Of a DNA stretch of 52,283 bases, positions 26,302-38,514 are shown piece after piece. The stretch lies in NCBI GenBank assembly GCA_018398765.1, contig JAHBMJ010000259.1, forward strand, positions 1-52,283. The letters run 5' to 3'. Below the pieces are notes generated by a model. The model saw only the letters and a program-made list of their open reading frames with translations. It searched no databases and was not told the origin of the DNA. Each line of letters starts with the position of its first letter. Position 1 is the first letter of the stretch. This DNA comes from Chromera velia (lineage: Eukaryota). Position numbers and translations under genes: made by a program.

Positions 26302-26533
26302 NNNNNNNNNNNNNNNNNNNNNNNNNNNNNNNNNNNNNNNNNNNNNNNNNNNNNNNNNNNNNNNNNNNNNNNNNNNNNNNNNNNNNNNNNNNNNNNNNNN
26401 NNNNNNNNNNNNNNNNNNNNNNNNNNNNNNNNNNNNNNNNNNNNNNNNNNNNNNNNNNNNNNNNNNNNNNNNNNNNNNNNNNNNNNNNNNNNNNNNNNNN
26501 NNNNNNNNNNNNNNNNNNNNNNNNNNNNNNNNN
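26302..26533. other. Assembly gap (a second gap at 29199-29463), both flanked by poly-C
   Basis: Runs of N. Confidence 0.99.
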
Positions 26534-29500
26534 CCCCCCCTTGTATGCCCCCCCCACGCGATACACAGACAAGATCTCCCTCAGGTGCGCTGGGTGAAGA
26601 GCCTTCTCAACCTCCTCCTTCCCCATCAGCGCGGCGTTTCTCCGGAGCGCCAACCGAATCTCCTCTCTATGCAGCTCGTTGTGAGGGACGCCAAACTGCT
26701 CCAAGGGAAGGAACAGCAGAGTGCGGTTCGACTCTGCGTCCTTTGAGACCTGCACGAAGAAAGCAGGCAGGCAGGAAGGAAGGAAGAAGGCAGGAAGGAG
26801 ACTGATAGCCAGCCAGAGGGATCAGAGGAGCTCTGCATGGCGTCTGTTGCATGAGAATAAACGAACAGATTCTCAGACATTCCTCTGGACTTTCTTGTTC
26901 TTGCTTTTCAGACCGACCGACAGACCGAAAGACGGACTGGCAAACTGTATGACAAAGGGAAGCACACGGTGTGCAGAATGCATCTTCTTCCATACAGATA
27001 TTTACTTTCCAACTGTATGACAAACTGTATGCAAACTGCAAACTGTATGACAAAGGGAAGCACACGGTGTGTGTTGACCGCGAAGGAACTGGGGGGAGAC
27101 TGCATCTTCTTCCAAAAGGGCCGAGTGGCCATATTCATCTATCTCTCTCACACCGAGACGAGCTCTGTGAAAAGAAAAAAAAAATGCAAACATACAGCCA
27201 GCCCCTGCCTGCCCAAAGATGCATGGCCCTATGCATTCCACTAATGGTCCTTCCGTCCGTACGACTGACGAGTGCCTGATGGAACACCGCGATGCCCGTC
27301 TGTTGGATTTGATTGAACACGCATTTACTTTCATACAGATATTCACTTTTTTCCCTGAAAAAGAATCCTGTATGAAAATGAATGCATGACTGACAAGTGC
27401 CTGATGGAACGCCGCGATGCCCGTTTGTTGGATTTGATTGTACACAACGTCCAGGCCCCTCAGACTTCTGTTCGTTCTCAGTGCACTCGCAAGCGCCTCT
27501 GCCCCCCCGTTCTGTATCCGATTCGGGAGCTCCCCCAGAGCAGGGGTGGACTTCGCAAACCCCAGATCCAAAAATCGGATCCCGCAAGAGGGCATCGAGA
27601 GAAGACGCGCGAGGGCGTCTGCCCCCTCTGTCTCGATACGGCAGGAGGGAAACGACAGACGGTGAAGTCGGCTCTTAGCTGCAGATATTATTAAAATTGA
27701 GGTTGACAAAACTTCGTTTATTCTTTCACTGGGAAGCAACCTTGCTGCCTTGGCAAATGAAGCGAAAGAATGACAACACCCGCATGATCTGAGGGTAAAG
27801 TTCGAAAAGCTAATTGCAGAGCCGCACAAGACACAGGAGGTCCTTGTCCATGCCTCGTTTCTCCGCCACCCACCCCTCTCTCCGAATGCACGGGTGTGTG
27901 ACAGACACAGAGAGAAAGACTCATCCGTCTATCAAGCGTCTCCTTCAGCCGCTCATTCCCACACGCAGTCGGAAAAACACGACATAAATGCCGGCCGGCC
28001 CGCAGCGAAGTTTTATTTCAGTTGCAGTGCAGAAACATGCACGAGCATCAGAGACAGAGACAGAGACGCAGGGGGAGAGGGAGGGTGAGAAACAGAAAGA
28101 AAGAAACACACAGACAGAACGAGAGAAAAAGAGATGGTAATAGAGAGACAGACGCACAGATAGGATGAGATGAGAGAGAAAGAAACACAGACAAAAAAAT
28201 TAAAAGAGAAACACACTGACTGACGAGTTCTCTTCAGTGCCTCTGCAATGCACTTTGCCCCCTCATTCCCGAGTCTGTTCACCCCCAAAGAGAGGCCCAC
28301 CAGGGGCAAATCTGGGGTCTCCAGCACCTCCGCCACGGCACGTGCGCCTTCCTGCAGTACAGAGTTCATTCCAGTGGGGAAAGAAAAAACACCACACCGG
28401 CTCATACGGCATCACATGAAGTAATTTCACGAAACACAGGCACGTGGTGCTATGAGCAACGGACACACACCCTGCTTGAGAGAGACACCTGGCTACTGCG
28501 TGCGTCAATTCGGTCAGACTCCATCCCCCTCACCCGGCCCCCTCGCCCCTCTCGCGACTTAAGGGGCGTAATGGACCTTTCCGGAACATTTCAGAGGAGA
28601 GAAGTTACTTAATTCAGATGGTGCAAATACGCAACAAGAGGCAATGCCAGTCGTCACTGCTCCGTCATGCATGGGAGCAAGCAGGAGCTAATGGACTCAG
28701 GTGTTGTGCAGATGGTTTGTTTTTTTCTTTCACACAGAGAGGAGCGCACACACAGATGCATAATCATGCGCACCCCGAGAAAAGAAAAAAGAGAGAGCAA
28801 CAGTTCCGCAGACACAAAGAAAAAGAGAAAACACGACTTCTCTCCCTCGAGACTTGCCACCACCCCCCACCCGCCCCCACCGGAGTAATTCCATTCCCAT
28901 CCAGCAGCAGGTGTGTGAGTGCGCTTTGCCCGCCTCTCGCCGCATCGATCAGCCCCCTTGCCAGTTTCCGAACGCCCTCGTCGAGGAGGCCGGTATAGGA
29001 CAGGTCAAGAATCTGAACGTTAGAACAGGAGATGCATCCGTCAGACAATTAAAAGAGAGGACCGACGAGTGAACAGAAGAGGCAGAGGAGGTCTCTGTGA
29101 AACTTCTGTTCAAACAGACCTCAAGCGGACCAAGAAGAGAAGAGAACCGAATTGACACACTCAGTCCCCACCAGCAAGGCAATCCCCCCCCCCCCCTTNN
29201 NNNNNNNNNNNNNNNNNNNNNNNNNNNNNNNNNNNNNNNNNNNNNNNNNNNNNNNNNNNNNNNNNNNNNNNNNNNNNNNNNNNNNNNNNNNNNNNNNNNN
29301 NNNNNNNNNNNNNNNNNNNNNNNNNNNNNNNNNNNNNNNNNNNNNNNNNNNNNNNNNNNNNNNNNNNNNNNNNNNNNNNNNNNNNNNNNNNNNNNNNNNN
29401 NNNNNNNNNNNNNNNNNNNNNNNNNNNNNNNNNNNNNNNNNNNNNNNNNNNNNNNNNNNNNNNNCCCCCCTTTCCCTACCCCCTACCTGCAGAGTCGAAT

Positions 29501-29819
29501 TCTTGCAGAGCATCGAGGCGATGGCCTCTGCTCCCGGTGCTTTGAGGGGATTTCTCTTCAGCCAGAGTTGCCTCACCAGCGTGTCGCCCTCCAGGGCCTC
29601 GCAGAGAGGTCTGATGCCGTGCACGTCCATGGCATTGCCTGCGATGTACCTGCACGACCAGGCCAGTGCATGCACCTACGTGCATTTATCTTCATATGTG
29701 AAAAGGAATTATGTATGAAAACATTTGCCTGAGATGTACCTGCACGCCCATGCAGGCCAGCCAGCACGGTCCCGCCCGAATTAACGCACCAACCATGCAG
29801 ACTCAAATTCCAAAAGGCT

Positions 29820-29872
<53 letters not shown>

Positions 29873-31300
29873 GTCAGGCAGGCACAATTAAAAACAAGAT
29901 AAATAAAGAACACTTCCTTCATTCCAGACGCCAACGCAGTCAATCGCGTGCATGCCAGAAAGAAAATCCGCAAGACAGCAGACGGGTACGGGGGCGACCA
30001 AACGGTTTGTTTCGAAACATTTTCATCTGCTGCACGCCTCATCTCTTCCTATGCATCTAATCACTGCCCTCCCTCCCTCTGCGTGCATGCCCCTTTCTCT
30101 AACGCCCCACCACCCCATTGGCTGACTGACTGACTGACCAGGAAACGATCTGAGACTTTCCCGAACGGACGAACGCAGCCACCTGCGTGCATGCATGCAT
30201 GGTCAAAGTTTGACCCGGAGAGGAAAAGATGAGATGAGTGGGTAGAAACGTACGGGCCGACATTCACACACACATGAAGGTAAGGAGAGAGCCAAAACAC
30301 TTCACAGAATTGCAAAAGAATGACAGAGAAAAATGAACAGCCGTCTTCCGACTGCCTGCTTGCCCCTGATTTGCGAGGGCCGAGCTCGATCGCGGAAAAC
30401 CAAACGTCTCCAGCCGCCCCCAAGCATTCCAGATCTAAAAAATGGAATGGAAGTGTACTTGCAGAGGTATCAGAGTTTAGTTGTAGGGACGCCTTCTTAT
30501 GAAGTAAATTGGCCAAACGCGCGCAATTTTGGGCCCTATTTTGGCAAATCCTACACAGACACAAATGCCCGCACCTACATATTCATTCCACGCACACCCC
30601 TGCACGCACGCACGCACCTTCTGTCCGAGTCCATTCCCACAGACGTTATTGCCCAACAACAGATGCCGCACTCGGGGACCGCCCCCCGGCTGCTCTCCAG
30701 AGGAAGAAGCAGAAGAGGACGCCTCACCCTCACCCCTGCCGGCAGCCGCAAGGGCGTCGAGCATGTCTGTCACCCCTGTGGGCCCTATGGCCTGCTTGCA
30801 CAGGTCCAGGCGCCCATCGGTTGTTATTGCCCCTTTTGCGAAGTGCTTCTCCGTCTCCTTCTCAGCGCCCCCTCTCACAGCATCACTCCCGAGAGCAGAC
30901 AAGAGTCCGTCCAGTCCCGAAGGTCCGATGGCCTGCTTGCACAGGTCCAGTCGGCCGTCAGAGGTCAAGGCCCCCTTCGAGAAATGAAGATCCCCGTTTG
31001 GCGCCTGACGGTCACCCCTGACGGCATCACTTCCGAGAGCAGACAGGAGACTGTCCACTCCCCCAGGGCCAATGGCCTGCTTGCACAGGTCCAGACGCCC
31101 GTCAGAAGTCACAGCGCCCTTCACAAAGTGAAGCTCATCAGGTGAAGGGGCCCCGGCATCGTTTTGTGGCGGCGCAGGGGGCCCTCTGAGCGCATCGGCC
31201 CCCAGAGCCGCGAGGAGCCCGTCCACCCCCTCAGCGGCAATGGCCTGCTTGCAGAGGTCCAACCGGCCATCGGAGGTCACGGCCCCTTTGGGAAAATGAC
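26534..31300 (-). CDS. Ribonuclease-inhibitor-like LRR region of the large gene, preceded by four DGRLDLCKQ repeats
   Basis: RHLLLGNNVCG, WYIAGN, LWLKRNPL, ILDLSYTGLLDEG, LLLDGNGITPEG, LSLGVNRLGNEG, LDLGFAKST..LGELPNRI, ending HLREILSVYR. Confidence 0.85.
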
Positions 31301-33149
31301 GCACGCCAGGGTCATCTGCCCCTGCTGTCCCATCACTCCCCGCGGGGGCAGATGCTGAGATGTCTTTTCCTGAGAGATAGGACCACAGGGGTGCCATCTC
31401 TTCTGCTGTGGCGAACTCTACAGGTTCGGGAATCGGGTCCGTGATGAGTTTACTCACAGGCATCGCCTTCAGGCGCTCCCACTGAGCGTCTGAATCCAGT
31501 TGTCGGTTGCCAAACACATTCTGCCCCCCCTCTCCCTCTTGCACCCCCCCCCCCCCCGCCTTCTTCTCTTCTGCAAACAGGCGACGGAGAGCGTCTGCAG
31601 ATGTGCCCTTGACCCAGTCAACCAGACCAGAGAGCACACGACGGTAGAAACGCTCACACACACCCTTATTGCACCCTGTTGTCAAGATCTTTTCGAACTG
31701 AAAGGCAGTCAAAGTGGACGGACAGGTCCTCCACTCCTCTTCCTCCTTCTGATTCTCTGTAGCAGTCTTCTTCTCCTGCTCAGATGGAAGCACGGACACA
31801 CGGGGATTGAGAAGCTGGAAGGTCATCACACTACACAGGTCGTTCCCTCTCGTCAAACGCCCCCCCGCGGTTTTCCCCCTGGGCGCCGCCGCCTCGGCTC
31901 CCGAGGGGGAGAAGGCGAACACGGCTGCCCGCTTTCCGGGGCCGTCCCCTCCAGCGGCGGCTGTGAGCACAGGCTGCAGCGCGAGGAAATCGGCCGCCAG
32001 CTGCAGCGAAAAGGTCTCACAGAGAAGTCTGTGCAAGATGGAGCAGAGAAAATTCTCTCTAGAGCTGCGTGGAGGGGGCTCTGTACCCTCCCCTGTGTTG
32101 AATGGCGGACGCACTGCGCTTCCTGTGCAGGCGAGAAGGTCCAGTCGCTTCAGGGCCTCCCACCCCGCCTCCTCTGCCAGCAGCAGCAGGGAGGAGTCTT
32201 CAGGAGACGTGAGGAAAAAGTCGGGACTGTCGAGTAAAGCCCGGTCTCTGTCTGTGTCCTCAACCGGGAATCTCCGTGTATTTCCCCTCTGTGCCTCTGT
32301 CTCTTTCTCCTTCATACCCACAGAGAGGAATTCAGAAGGAGCCTCCAGGAAGACGGAGAAGAGCAGCTGGGAAGAGAACACACCTGAGCGAGAGAGAATA
32401 TGGAAAGAAGAGAGGCAAACGTCAAGCAGATACAGACAGAAGGAGGCGAATCACACTCGGCCTGAAGGCAAAAGAGCTTTCTGCATGCATGGCCTTTGAT
32501 GCTTCCCACAAATGAGATCGAGGAAAATCGAGCATTCACTCACGACACAAAAACTAACTGCCAAGGATCTGATCAACATCCAAACACAATCTCATGAGAG
32601 GGCTATGAGTCTCCTCTTCTGTTCACGTCCACATTACCTTCCGAATCACGCGAAAAATGTGCTTATGCAGCAGCCACAAGGCCGGGCCCTCCCTCCTTTC
32701 TGTTTGTCTGATCAATGCAGCCTTGATGTTCCCTCGACCCACTGCCTCCCTTCCGGCGGGCCGGACGGACGGACGGACGGACTGACCATCGGTCGCCTCG
32801 TATGCCTCCCGCTCTGCCTTCCGGATGTGCCGACGCGCCCTTGCCTTCTCTGCTGCAAACGCCTCTCGCCCCCTTCCCTGCCCCCCCGGAGCCAGACAGA
32901 CAGCGAGAGCGAAGAGATCCATCAACCCTCTGTGGGAGTCTCCCCCCTCCTCCCTATCCTTCTGCAGCACGTCCCTCACAAGCTCCCTGACTCGCGAGGA
33001 AGGAATCGGCTCAGACCCGGGGAGGGCGTCAAGGGTCGATCCAGACCTGCATGCATTTATGTATGTATGTACGTGAGGGGGGAAAGGAAGCAGGGGAAGA
33101 TCGAGGTGAAATTAATGCTTCGTTCTGCTTCGTCTCACACTCTCATCTG

Positions 33150-33189
<40 letters not shown>

Positions 33190-33200
33190 AGGGGAGAGAA

Positions 33201-33243
<43 letters not shown>

Positions 33244-36200
33244 GAGAAAAACAAAGGAAAAAAAAAACGGCTGCAGGGAAGGAACGTTCTGCTGAGCACT
33301 GAAGCGAAAAACACATTCATTCTCTCACCCACCAGCCTGCAGACAGACAGACAGACCTGAGGATGCGATCGAGGTCCTTCACCACAGGGTGGGAGAACAG
33401 GGAAGGCCTCTGGAGGGCGAAAGGGAAAATGCAAGACGCCCCCTGCAGGCAGGCAACACACACATGCAGAAAGACACACACGCAGCCGTGTGCTACCTCA
33501 GGAATGGCAACCGCAGAAGCTCGGACAAAGAAAGATCTAAACGAAAAGAGGGAGGGAGGAGGCAACTTAGTTGCATATCCACGAGAGGCGTCCCCATGTA
33601 CGCCAGCAAAGACTGAGACGAAAAATATGATCTCAGAGCACTGGATCACAGAGAGAGACACAGTGACTGAATGTCACTGGATGTTCAGATGCGCTCACAG
33701 AGAGGCCTGCACTTTCTTCGGTGGGCATCTTTCTTCATATCTATTTTCTCCCGTACGTATGTTTCTACGCGTATGGGTATCTTGATATGTGCAATTAATT
33801 CTGTATCTGTCCCCCGACTGAAACGTTTCGGTCCCCTCCGTCCCCTCCGCCCACTGACCCATGGAGTGGCTTGGGTCTCGGTAGCCAGTCGTTTAAGCAG
33901 TCGGCAGTATTTTCCCAGACTTAGCTCGGCCCCCTGTCCGGCCGTCTCGGCCGCATGCACGGCAGAGACGGAGACGGGAGAGGTGAGGGAGAGCTCTTGA
34001 CTGATCACCGCGCCGCTCCCCTGACCTCCAGAAACCTTCAACATCCAGTCCTTCAACTCACGAATTGGCCAGTGTTTGATTGCCTTCACGAAGTGGTCTG
34101 AAGGATGCACGTGAATGACAGGGTCCTTGAAGGTGCTGGCCAGAATTTCGGAGCGTCTGGGAAGGACTAACTGATCTTTCTGTCCCCACACATGAAACGA
34201 GGGGATAGAGAATGCGGCCTTCCGGGGCCGCACCTCCTCCAGATTCGTGGACCCCTCTCCGCTCTCGATGAATCTAGAGACGTGGTCCCTGTCTCTGCAA
34301 TAGAACCCCGAGATGATCGCGATGAACTTGAAGGAGACGTGCTTGTACGGCTGGAGAGCTGCCAGGAGCCCCGCCAAGCAGCCGCCCTGGGAAAACCCAA
34401 TCACTCCATCTGCATGCATACAGCCAGACAGGCAGGCAGGCAGATCAGGGCATCGAGAGAAAAGAAATGTGTATTCTTCTCTTGGACTTTATTTGGGAAG
34501 GTCGACAGAATCAAGCAGAACTTGAGCCTAAGAGGGAGACTCAAACGAAATGTCAGCAGCGGTGAAGAAACGCAAGCAAAGGGGAGAACCGGAGACACCA
34601 AAAAGAAAAATCAACGACTGAGAGAGCTTTCTTGCACGGACAGACCAGAGAGATCGTTCTGCATGCAGAGAGCTCACTACCTCCCAAATTGTTTTCATCA
34701 AGAAGCGAAGTTCAGCACATCGTGTCTAATTTGCGGAAAGGACCGAAAAGGAAAGAAGGAAAGAAGCGTTAGAAAGAAAGAAAAGAGAGGGAGGGAGGAC
34801 TCGACTCGACTCACCAAAAGGGCCTTCAGACATGAAAACCCGATTGATGTACTCCAGACTCGCCTCCAGCCCCTCGTACCGCATCGAGGCAGGATCGTCA
34901 GTCGCGTTCCACCAGCACTTGCCGGACCCCCCGGCCATCCCTGCAGGCCCTCCAGAGATCAGGCCTGCAGACCGCACCGCCTCCTCAGCCTCCCCCCTGG
35001 GCACATATGGGTGAGGGGCGTCTGCGTAGGTGAGTGAGGCGACGGGCCCGAGGACCCTCTGGAGGAACGGCTGGGTGGCTGACTTGAATCTCTCCACTGT
35101 CTGGCGGTTGCTGTGGAGGACGAGCAGCTTCAAACGTCTGGCAGGAAGAAGCCCTGGGGAAGGAGAAGGAGACACCCCCTCAGCAGACCCCTCTGCTGCT
35201 TCTCCTTTGTCCTTTTTCTCGGTAGACCGGGCCCAGAGGGGAAGTCTCTTTCCCCCCTCCTTTCCTTCCAGCCAGAGCCGCTCAGCTTCAGTCGTCTCTC
35301 TGCCCAGGATGTCGTTGCGGTGCGGGTATCTGAGGGAGGGAGGGAGGGAGGGAGGGAAAGCAAGATAGAGAAAACCAGAGAGGATGGAGAAAAGGGTGAC
35401 TGCCTCACGAAGAAGATCAACAAACAAAGTGGTATTCAGACAGAGAAAAGACAAACAGAAAGTACGAATCAAGGAATAAAAGGATCAAGCAGAAAGAAAA
35501 GAGAAAAAGTCAAGTCCCGACCTTTTGAACTTTGAGAGGACATGAAGATGATCCTTGTGGGACCTGGCAGTTCTCTGAAGACTTGCGATCACTTTGCCAG
35601 GGGGGGCAGCAGGTAGCTCTGGAGCCCGCGTCTGAGGCTGAGGCTCCGATTCGCCCTCTGTCCCACGAGACGTGTAGGTCCTCTCCACTATTTTTTCTGT
35701 TTCCTTGATCACCTGGAGAGACCTCTCGCAGTCAACCAACTCTTCCGAGTGACTCAGCGCTACTGACACAAAAGTCAGGTGAGGCCAGAAAGCAGCCAGA
35801 GGCTCCACACCCAAATCTGCCAGTGCATGAGGGGATGCCGTCCCTGTCTCCCCCCCCATCATTGGCAGAAGCACAGAGCGCAGAATGAGCAAACGTGCCT
35901 CTAGTTTGGCAATCAACAAGCCAAGCGGGTCGAGTGCAAACATTTCCTTTTCACCCCTGAATGCGTTTCGGTTCATCTGGTCGCACAGCAAAAGCAGAGC
36001 AATACGGCCGTGAAAGGTGAAGGGCCACTGCGAGAGAGGGCCCAGCCCTTCTTTTCGAAGCAAATCGGACAGTTGAGATGCCACTTCAGCACCCTCTGCC
36101 TCTGCTGCCTCCAGACTACCGTTCGACCCTCCCGCCCCCTCCGCCCTCTTAGTCAGTTGGCGCAGATTGTTACCATTCAAAGACACGAAGCGGTGCAGAG

Positions 36201-37661
36201 CACGGAGAAGATCGCCGAACTGTCTTCTGATCAGCCTGTCGGCCCACCCCGCTGCATCCCTCTCCTTCCCTTCAACTTCCCCCCCCCTCACCCCATACTC
36301 CTGCACCAAGTGATCCAAACGCACCGACCGCCACCAGAGAGGACCCAGCCACTGGAACCCCCCCCCCTGAAAACCTCCAAACCAGAAACTCAGAGTCTGC
36401 TTCGGAGAGACAGAAGAGGAAATCCGCATGTCGGCCTGCTCGGACGACGGAAGCGTTATTTTGACGGCACACGCCTTTTCCTCTAGCTCGGTCAAGCTCA
36501 GCGGCATAGAAGCCTGCAGGGAGGAGAAAGTCCCGGAAGGCGGCTGTGTGTGTAATCTCTTTGCCCCCTCCTCAAACGCAGGCTCGAGAGGACGAACAAC
36601 CGCGTAACCCCTGACAGCATAAATTCCGTCCCTGGCGTCCGAATCTTCCCCCCGCCCATGGTCAGAGGGCTCCTCAGGTCCCTCCTTGTGTGCTCCCTTC
36701 AGTTCCAGGGGCCAGTTGAGAGACTGGAAGCTCGCCCCCTTGCCCACCAACCGGCCCTCTCCATCCTTGAACGTCGTCACGGCCCGGAAGGTCACGCTGA
36801 TACGCGGCCCTACGGGGGTGCCTGTTGCTGTCGATGTCGTTGCGGTTGCCGTCGGGTCATCTGCTGCTGTGGGTTGGGGGGGAAGTTGGCGGATCGAGTG
36901 ATAGAAATTCTCATTCGTTCGGGGGCCAAGAGCCAACAGAGAGCCATGTCCGAGCAAAAGAGTCTGTTCCTCCTCCCTCTTGAAGATATCCGGCCTGAGA
37001 GTATACGGTCTGGGCATTCCGAGAGAGAGGGAGACGATGGGTGTCTCTGAATCAAGGTCCAGAGTCTTGTCCTTATGGAAACCTATGCAGTCGTCTCCGT
37101 CGCGGTACAGCAGAACGACCGCGTGGTTGAACTTCACGCCCAGCCTGCACAAACGGCACAAACGGGGCGCGAAGAGCCTACAAAGCGGTACATCATTAAT
37201 ATCAGGGGGGAGGAAGAGGACAGGAAAAAACAGAGGGAGGAAGAAGCGGAGTCAATTCGACAGAAGGGAAGCAGAAGAAGAAGAGGGAGAGAAACAGCAA
37301 AAAAGCCGTCGACAGAAAAAGCGGAAAGACCATTTCCCCCATCTGAACAAACAAACGGGAGGGACTACCAGACGGACTAACGGACTCTTTGGAGACTTTC
37401 TGTCTCAGAGCCTCCACTGCAGGGGCCATCGGGGACGTCACGCCGTGTCTCTGTTGATCGTTCACAGGAAATCTGCAGGCAGACAGGCAGGCAAATGCAT
37501 GGAGGGGGGGGCAGGAAAGCCCGCAAAAAGAATCGATCAGTCTCTCTCTTCAGAATTGATTGTATGCATGGTTGAAGGGACGGGAAGGCGTTTAGATGCA
37601 TTTATTCTTCAGCCGTAGAGTGGTGGAATAGACGCATGCGTGCGACCGGATGGGAATGCAG

Positions 37662-37692
<31 letters not shown>

Positions 37693-38483
37693 TGAGTGAT
37701 CTTTGTCTGTCTTTCCTCTCTGTCCCTTTATACTCTCTCTCTTTCGTTGGCAGTGGAGTGGAATCTCATCCATCCAATCACTTTTTCCTCTTCTCTTTCT
37801 GATTCCATCTGACCGTCCCTTCCCATCCCCACCCACCCACCCACCTGTACCAAGGCAGCAGCTCGTCCTCTGTCTTCACAGCCATGGCTGCTTTCACGCG
37901 CCGGAGCCTGTCGAGGGCCCCGTGGGTGCCCGTCTTCTTCCCAGGCATGTGATACCTGTCCTTCCACACACACACATGCACACTCACGGAGATACACCCA
38001 CACAGACACACACAGACCACACGAGCGAGCGAGCAAGAGACAGGCGAGAGCAAACAGTGCAGGAGCCTGCAGGCGCACAGCTGCGGACACGCCGCCTCCG
38101 TCACGATCTTTCATGGGCGGGCAACAGGAATCAATCTATCTGGGTGCAAGGCGGGGCACGCCCGTCAGAGAGAATTGTTCAGGGAAGACGATCGAAGAGC
38201 CTGGCAGAGAGAGGGGGGCTGAGGAGGAAAAGAAAAGAAAGAGAAAGAACGGAGGCGCCGCTTGTCAGAAGAAAAAGAAGAGGGTCACTCACTAATGCAA
38301 CGCAGAATTGTCGACGCACCGACCGATTATTCATTCGACCGATCGACCGACCGACCGACCGACTGACCACTGTTGAAAGTCCACCTCCTTTTCGATGTCT
38401 TGCATCGCCTTGTCGGCCTCCTCCTGTCCGTCAGTCCGTCGTTCCGTCCGAGGGAGGGAGGGAGGGAGAATGCGCACAGAGGG

Positions 38484-38514
<31 letters not shown>

